This document shows, in pieces, positions 58,982-64,000 of a stretch of 64,000 nucleotides of DNA (the first letter of the stretch is position 1; every line of letters starts with the position of its first letter). Source of the stretch: Promethearchaeota archaeon. GTDB taxonomy: Archaea > Asgardarchaeota > Lokiarchaeia > Sigyniarchaeales > SOKP01. The stretch is from assembly GCA_048940445.1 (NCBI GenBank), contig JBHLON010000013.1, positions 15,817 through 79,816 of the forward strand, written 5' to 3'. Below the pieces are notes generated by a model. That model saw only the letters and a program-made list of their open reading frames with translations, was not told the DNA's origin and ran no database searches. Both the position numbers and the translations under genes were made by a program.

Positions 58982-59884
58982 ATGTCTGAAAATAGAAACA
59001 ATGATAAAAAAGAGTCAGAAGGAGAGGAAGAAAAGCATAAAAAAGATGATTTAGAAACATATTTTTCAGAAATGGAAAACCTCGAAACCGATTTTTCTGA
59101 TTTAGATGATATTGACCTTGAAGAGTTAAAAGATATACAACAAGCTATTTCTAAAGTTAAAGAACTTACATCATTTTCGGATAAGAAAGCTACTGGCGTA
59201 AATACCGTTGAGGATTTAAAACCTATTTCATCAAAAGCAAAATCAGAACAGCTAGATGAATATTTATCTCAAAGAGAAGCAATGGTTTCAGATTTTTCCG
59301 ATCTAGAAGAAATACCTTTTGAAGAATTACAAGATATGCAAGAAGCAATTGAATCTGTGAAGAAGGAGGGAATTGGAGGCTTAAATGAAATAGAGGATCA
59401 AAAAATGCCTCCAGTTTCATCAGAACTAGAAGAAAGAATCAAACAGGAGCTTTTAGAACGCAGAGTTGAAGAAGAAAAGGAAATAGTCACTGAAGAAAAA
59501 TTCCTAGAGTACATAAAGGAAAAAAGAGACAAAATCTGGTACCATGCGCTATATTATTTAGTCTTTCAAGCTGAGGATCATATAGCCAGTAAAGAATTAT
59601 TATATGACATATTAAAAGAAAATACTAGTAAAAGCCCAATTGATCCTATTCCAGAACATCAGTTTTATTTTGGTTTAGGTTACATATTAAGGCTAACCTT
59701 GAATGAAAAGCAGGTAGTCCGATTTCTAAGTGGAGGAAAATTTAAAGTAAATATTGGAGTAAAAATATTAAAAGCCTTATTAGAACAAGCTGGAGAACCA
59801 ATAATAACTAAACCTATTATAGAAGAAGAAGAAAAAAAGAAAATGTTTTCAGATTTTCTTAAAGAAGATTTTCAAGATATTTAA
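58982..59884 (+). CDS. Acidic hypothetical protein with internal repeat
   Basis: Two copies of DFSDL..I..EEL.D.Q.AI..VK; globular C-terminal region. Confidence 0.8.
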   Translation: MSENRNNDKKESEGEEEKHKKDDLETYFSEMENLETDFSDLDDIDLEELKDIQQAISKVKELTSFSDKKATGVNTVEDLKPISSKAKSEQLDEYLSQREAMVSDFSDLEEIPFEELQDMQEAIESVKKEGIGGLNEIEDQKMPPVSSELEERIKQELLERRVEEEKEIVTEEKFLEYIKEKRDKIWYHALYYLVFQAEDHIASKELLYDILKENTSKSPIDPIPEHQFYFGLGYILRLTLNEKQVVRFLSGGKFKVNIGVKILKALLEQAGEPIITKPIIEEEEKKKMFSDFLKEDFQDI

Positions 59885-59901
59885 TTAACATTACTTATCT
59901 T

Positions 59902-60543
59902 ATGACAGACAAACCTATACTTTTAATTATTGGGAATTCAAATGTAGGGAAAAGTGCAATAACAAAGCTTTTATTACCACAACCAAGTAAATATAAAGGT
60001 AAATCTGGTAAAAAACCCGGTAGCACATTATTAATAAAGCAAGTAAGTCAATCTAATCTTCCTTTTAAGATCGTAGATTTACCTGGATTTGGTTATATGA
60101 AACGGTCAAGTCAAAGGAGAGAAGAACATATTAAAAGACAAATAGTTAAACATATTGAGAATCATTTTCTTAATTATTTTCTTTGCTTAGTTGTGATTAA
60201 TATATTAAGAATTGAAGATGAACTTAACACATACTTATTTAAAAATTTAGAAACGATTCCTTTAAGTTTTGAATTATTAAGATTTCTAAGTGAATTTAAA
60301 ATTCCAATTCTAATGGTTATAAATAAAATAGATAAAATTTCGAATAAAGATAAAAACCAAATTATATCAACATTTATTGAGAGCGCTAAACAATTTGGAA
60401 TTGAATTAACTGATCTTGATGATTATCATCCAGATGAAATTATATATAAAGTACCTTATTTAGAATTTTCTGCTCTAAAAAAAACGAATTTAGGAAAATT
60501 AAATCAATTTATTTACGCAATCCTTTCTCAGAAAACAAGTTAG
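59902..60543 (+). CDS. engB: EngB/YihA-family GTPase
   Basis: GNSNVGKS, KPGST, DLPGFGY, NKID, FSA. Confidence 0.85.
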   Translation: MTDKPILLIIGNSNVGKSAITKLLLPQPSKYKGKSGKKPGSTLLIKQVSQSNLPFKIVDLPGFGYMKRSSQRREEHIKRQIVKHIENHFLNYFLCLVVINILRIEDELNTYLFKNLETIPLSFELLRFLSEFKIPILMVINKIDKISNKDKNQIISTFIESAKQFGIELTDLDDYHPDEIIYKVPYLEFSALKKTNLGKLNQFIYAILSQKTS

Positions 60544-60558
60544 TCTGTTTGGTTAGAT

Positions 60559-61848
60559 TTATGGTATTTTAATTACTGGATCTACATCTTTATTCCAATT
60601 AACAACAAATAGAAAATCTCTGCTTGCTTCATTTGAGTAGATTAAGGGGAAATTTCCAATCGATTCAAACCTAAAGGCGATTTCTTGTAGATATTCATAG
60701 TCTGGAAAAAAATTTTGAATAGGTACATCGGTTTTCAATCTATCTTTAATCATAAGTGCTTTTGCTTGTAAAGTAAAACCCTTTAACTCAAAAAAGTTTG
60801 GATTAGCTTTTTCAATTAGAGTGCAATAATCTTTTATAAAACTCTCATTAAGATTCAAATCCTTTACAGCTGTTAATCTCACAACACTTCGACAAGATAA
60901 TGAGTCCAATAATTCCAAACTTTTATTAATATTTTCCCAACCATTTTTGATCATAGGACGGCACACTTTTTTGTACATTTTTTCATTAGTTGCGGGTAAA
61001 GTTATATAGAGTTGACTTGGTAACGAATTCAAATGTTCTAATTTCTCAGGTAATGTACCATTAGTAACAATAAATGATGTCATTCTTCTACTTCTGAATT
61101 CCTTGACAAGATCACTCATTAAAGGATATAATAATGGCTCCCCATCTAAAGAAATAGCCGCATGATTAGGATACAATGCCTCACTATGAGCTTGCATAAT
61201 ATCATCCGGAGAAGTTAACGCTCTATTAATTAAAGTTTCAATTTCTTCTCTAGAATCAATACAACACCTAATTTCTTGATCCAGAATGAAGTTTCTTAAA
61301 GTAGAATCAACCGGTTTTATAAACTCTTGATTCTTTAAAAGATTCAAAGCTCTTTCAACTCTATTCTTACTTATCTGAAGAAATTTGGATATAGAAATTA
61401 AATTTTGAGGTATGTTTTCTATAAGCATAAGATATAGTAGATCCTTCATGATTTCATAATTTTCCAAATATCTTCTTAATGGTAAATGATTCGTAATAAT
61501 ATCTTGATGGTGGCGGATCATTTCTTCGACTAATTCTTTTGGATCATCTGGTGTAACAACAAATTCGCTCCCAAGACTCCCTATTTCTATGTCTCTCCAA
61601 CAGAAAACACATTGATGATTGCAGAAAGGTAAAGATGGAGTATTCTGTAAGCATCTATGACTCTTAACTCCAAATACTCCTTTATAACAATTTCTATTAT
61701 CTCTCCCGGTCATTAATCTCTGTTCTAACCAATGGCATGGTTTGAGTGCTGTATGTTTATGCTTCCCAATTATTCGATAAGTCGTTTTAGTATAAGTTTC
61801 GACGAATTCATTTGTGATTTCATTATCAATGATAAATTGCTTTTTCAT
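60559..61848 (-). CDS. taw1: 4-demethylwyosine synthase Taw1/TYW1 (radical SAM) with internal insertion
   Basis: K.CHW, CYK..FGVKSHRCLQ.TP, CNHQCVFCWR, HAAISLDGEP, VTNGT. Confidence 0.95.
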   Translation of the reverse strand: MKKQFIIDNEITNEFVETYTKTTYRIIGKHKHTALKPCHWLEQRLMTGRDNRNCYKGVFGVKSHRCLQNTPSLPFCNHQCVFCWRDIEIGSLGSEFVVTPDDPKELVEEMIRHHQDIITNHLPLRRYLENYEIMKDLLYLMLIENIPQNLISISKFLQISKNRVERALNLLKNQEFIKPVDSTLRNFILDQEIRCCIDSREEIETLINRALTSPDDIMQAHSEALYPNHAAISLDGEPLLYPLMSDLVKEFRSRRMTSFIVTNGTLPEKLEHLNSLPSQLYITLPATNEKMYKKVCRPMIKNGWENINKSLELLDSLSCRSVVRLTAVKDLNLNESFIKDYCTLIEKANPNFFELKGFTLQAKALMIKDRLKTDVPIQNFFPDYEYLQEIAFRFESIGNFPLIYSNEASRDFLFVVNWNKDVDPVIKIP

Positions 61849-62017
61849 TTCAAAGAGACACCTAAAATTCCACGTATCCTACTAGTTTATAATTATAGAT
61901 TAATGTATTTAATTAAGATATTAAAAATTATTCTTAAGAAATATAAGTTCTAGTCTAATTAGCAAGCCGCTTATAAAATATAATTAAAATCTAATTAATG
62001 GATAAATCGAATAAATC

Positions 62018-62890
62018 ATGCTAAATAAAATTAAAAGTGAAATTCTAAACTTTGGATTAAAATTTGTTAGTGTTGATGAGAAAATCGTTAGGATGATTTT
62101 AGAAACTGCATCCTCTAACGTAAATGAAATAGTAATTTTACCATCCACAAAAATAGTAATGAAGAAATTAATACAAAAATTACAGAATAAAGTAAGACAT
62201 GGCAGAGTTTACAATGGACTCATAAATGGAGTAAGAATCAGTATTGTAAGATCTCAAATTGGATGCCCTTATACCGCACTCGCTATTGAAAGTTTGAAAA
62301 GAACTAAAGCAAAAATAGTAATTAGAATTGATATTTGTGGTGGAGTAATAAACGAAACGGATAGTCTCGAAATTGGGAATATCATAATACCGAGATTAGC
62401 TTATTGTGATGATGGCACAAGTCCACAATATATAAGAACAAATCCAAGCATAGTAAATCAATTAGAATCAATTACCAATCCTTTATCTACTATTCAAAAT
62501 TTGATAAGCGGAAATCACACGATCTTCATTTCCAAGCCAAATGAAATCCTAAATGAAGTCCTATTAAAGGAAGCTAACTCTCTGACTGAAGCAATGGAAG
62601 CAGATCTCTGGACAACAGATGCACTATTCTGTGAGACATTTGAATTTGTAAGAGTTTTAAACTCCATTAATGTTAAGGTAATAGATATGGAATCATCTAT
62701 ATTATTTTTACTTGGGATGCTATATAATCTTAAAACAGCATCCATACTTTCAATTTCTGATTTACCGGGACATCCTCAATATGATCTACTTCATTCAAAC
62801 GAATTACATCCTAATATGGAGAAGGGTATTGAAACTGCAATAAAAATATTGATAAATTCTTTACCTAGGATAAAATCAGTGCTGACTTAA
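62018..62890 (+). CDS. Nucleoside phosphorylase (PNP/UDP family)
   Basis: IGCP, IRIDICGG, DDGTS..Y, WTTDALFCET, IDMESS, ISD. Confidence 0.85.
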   Translation: MLNKIKSEILNFGLKFVSVDEKIVRMILETASSNVNEIVILPSTKIVMKKLIQKLQNKVRHGRVYNGLINGVRISIVRSQIGCPYTALAIESLKRTKAKIVIRIDICGGVINETDSLEIGNIIIPRLAYCDDGTSPQYIRTNPSIVNQLESITNPLSTIQNLISGNHTIFISKPNEILNEVLLKEANSLTEAMEADLWTTDALFCETFEFVRVLNSINVKVIDMESSILFLLGMLYNLKTASILSISDLPGHPQYDLLHSNELHPNMEKGIETAIKILINSLPRIKSVLT

Positions 62891-62913
62891 ATAAAACTTT
62901 CATTAATGGATAA

Positions 62914-63807
62914 TTATAAACCATTCAATAGTTTTGAAAAGTCTGGTTCTTTAAAGATGTTATTATAGTTCTTTAGTAGCTCAATATTCACTATATGGAT
63001 AACTTGACCTTTTTGATCTTTACTAGATTTCACTAAATCTAATTCCTTCATCTTTTTGAGGTGATATTGAACAGTTCCAGAATATACATCAAGAATTTCT
63101 CCAATTCTAGATATTGATATACTCTCATCTTTGACGATTTCTTCTAAAATATTTATAATTAAAGGGTTTATAAATATAACCTTCAATTCATCAAAGTCCT
63201 CTGGAACATCGACTCTAAAATAATGTAATGATTTTCCAATCTTTTTTGAACGTATAAGATTAAAACGTTCTAACGTCATGATATGCTTTAAAAATGGTGT
63301 TCTGGTGATATCTAATTCTTCTTCAACTTTTTCATCTCTTGCATGAATACCAGGATTTGATTCAATAAACTTTAGTATTGATACCAACTTTTCATTATTC
63401 AAGATTTCTAATTTTGTTCTTCTTTCATTTGTGACAATCCAAGTTTTATCTTCTAAACTTCTTATGGCTAAAAAGATATCTTCTTTACTATATCCTTTTT
63501 TATATGCTAATTTTGCTATACATTTGGCATATAACTTCTCAATTATTGGAAATCTTTGTAATTCTGCTTCAGTTTCTATTTCTAAATTAAAGTCAGCATC
63601 ATATCTTTTTAATTTTAAAATATTTTTAGCAATTTTTAGAACATCTCTTTCAATTTCAGTTAATTCATCAATTTGGGGGGGAATTTCTCTTTTTTCTTCT
63701 TCAACGTCTTCTTTTAGAGGAGTGAAATCTAAGCGCCTAAACTTACTCTCCTGTAAGGTTTCTTCTTTTGCTGTTCCCTTTGTTTCCTTTTTTCTTTCAA
63801 GAGACAT
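62914..63807 (-). CDS. Multi-wHTH transcriptional regulator
   Basis: ILKFIESNPGIH...HIMTLERFNLI and ISISRIGEILDVYSGTVQYHLKKM HTH patterns. Confidence 0.8.
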   Translation of the reverse strand: MSLERKKETKGTAKEETLQESKFRRLDFTPLKEDVEEEKREIPPQIDELTEIERDVLKIAKNILKLKRYDADFNLEIETEAELQRFPIIEKLYAKCIAKLAYKKGYSKEDIFLAIRSLEDKTWIVTNERRTKLEILNNEKLVSILKFIESNPGIHARDEKVEEELDITRTPFLKHIMTLERFNLIRSKKIGKSLHYFRVDVPEDFDELKVIFINPLIINILEEIVKDESISISRIGEILDVYSGTVQYHLKKMKELDLVKSSKDQKGQVIHIVNIELLKNYNNIFKEPDFSKLLNGL

Positions 63808-63823
63808 TATAATTCAGTATTTT

Positions 63824-64000
63824 TTACGCATTTTCCTCTAAAAATTGTATAAAATTAACTTGCTCCTCGGCATTCATATATCTCAATTGTTCAATAATCT
63901 TCTCATAATACTGAGGTTTTACATTAGGGAGTTTCTTTATCCTTTCGATTAATTTTTGTGGTAGTTCTTTGTATATCTCTACTAAACCCGTAAGATATTT
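63824..64000 (-). CDS. 3' end of a hypothetical protein (runs off the window)
   Basis: Open frame KYLTGLVEIYKELPQKLIERIKKLPNVKPQYYEKIIEQLRYMNAEEQVNFIQFLEENA*. Confidence 0.7.
   Translation of the reverse strand, partial: KYLTGLVEIYKELPQKLIERIKKLPNVKPQYYEKIIEQLRYMNAEEQVNFIQFLEENA

Noticed and set aside
301-63841. Numerous 60-136 aa ORFs overlapping core genes, mostly antisense (e.g. 11332-11589, 14191-14496, 29675-29965, 46069-46410, 63431-63841)
   Set aside because: Shadow frames of well-supported genes with no recognisable motifs
1-64000. tRNA, rRNA, CRISPR array, transposase, intein
   Set aside because: No GC-rich cloverleaf or rRNA-like tracts, regularly spaced repeats, DDE/HUH motifs or intein termini seen by eye; tRNAscan-SE and Infernal would be needed to exclude them formally

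Overview
AT-rich archaeal chromosomal DNA, most consistent with Asgard archaea (Lokiarchaeia-like). This assignment is inferred from the archaeal information-processing genes, several Rab/Arf-like small GTPases, a tailless histone and an EF-2 without the canonical diphthamide HRG motif. The window is mostly core genes: rpoA1-rpoA2-rpl30e-nusA-rps12-rps7, pyrB, rpl44e-rps27e, TFS, PCNA-priL-priS-GINS, nop10, aIF2-alpha, EF-1A, csl4/rpoL, eno, rfcS, truA, aglB, uvrBA, aIF5B, cca, EF-2 and taw1. Accessory genes and decayed remnants are interspersed. I saw no rRNA, tRNA, CRISPR array or transposase. Most notable: (1) an HTH + ATP-cone + class III RNR-like protein lacking the glycyl-radical tail, a candidate nucleotide-sensing regulator; (2) a secreted-protein gene bracketed by 47-bp direct repeats with a dyad core, next to a gene with an integrase-like N-terminus; (3) unusual add-ons to core enzymes (wHTH-like insert in Taw1, five beta-rich repeats on AglB, oppositely charged tails on Rpo1N and Rpo11); (4) two conserved genes with no ATG/GTG/TTG start; (5) unannotated small ORFs; (6) an apparent inversion splitting the rpl44e-rps27e-aIF2a-nop10 cluster. 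All family calls come from motif recognition by eye, not from database searches.
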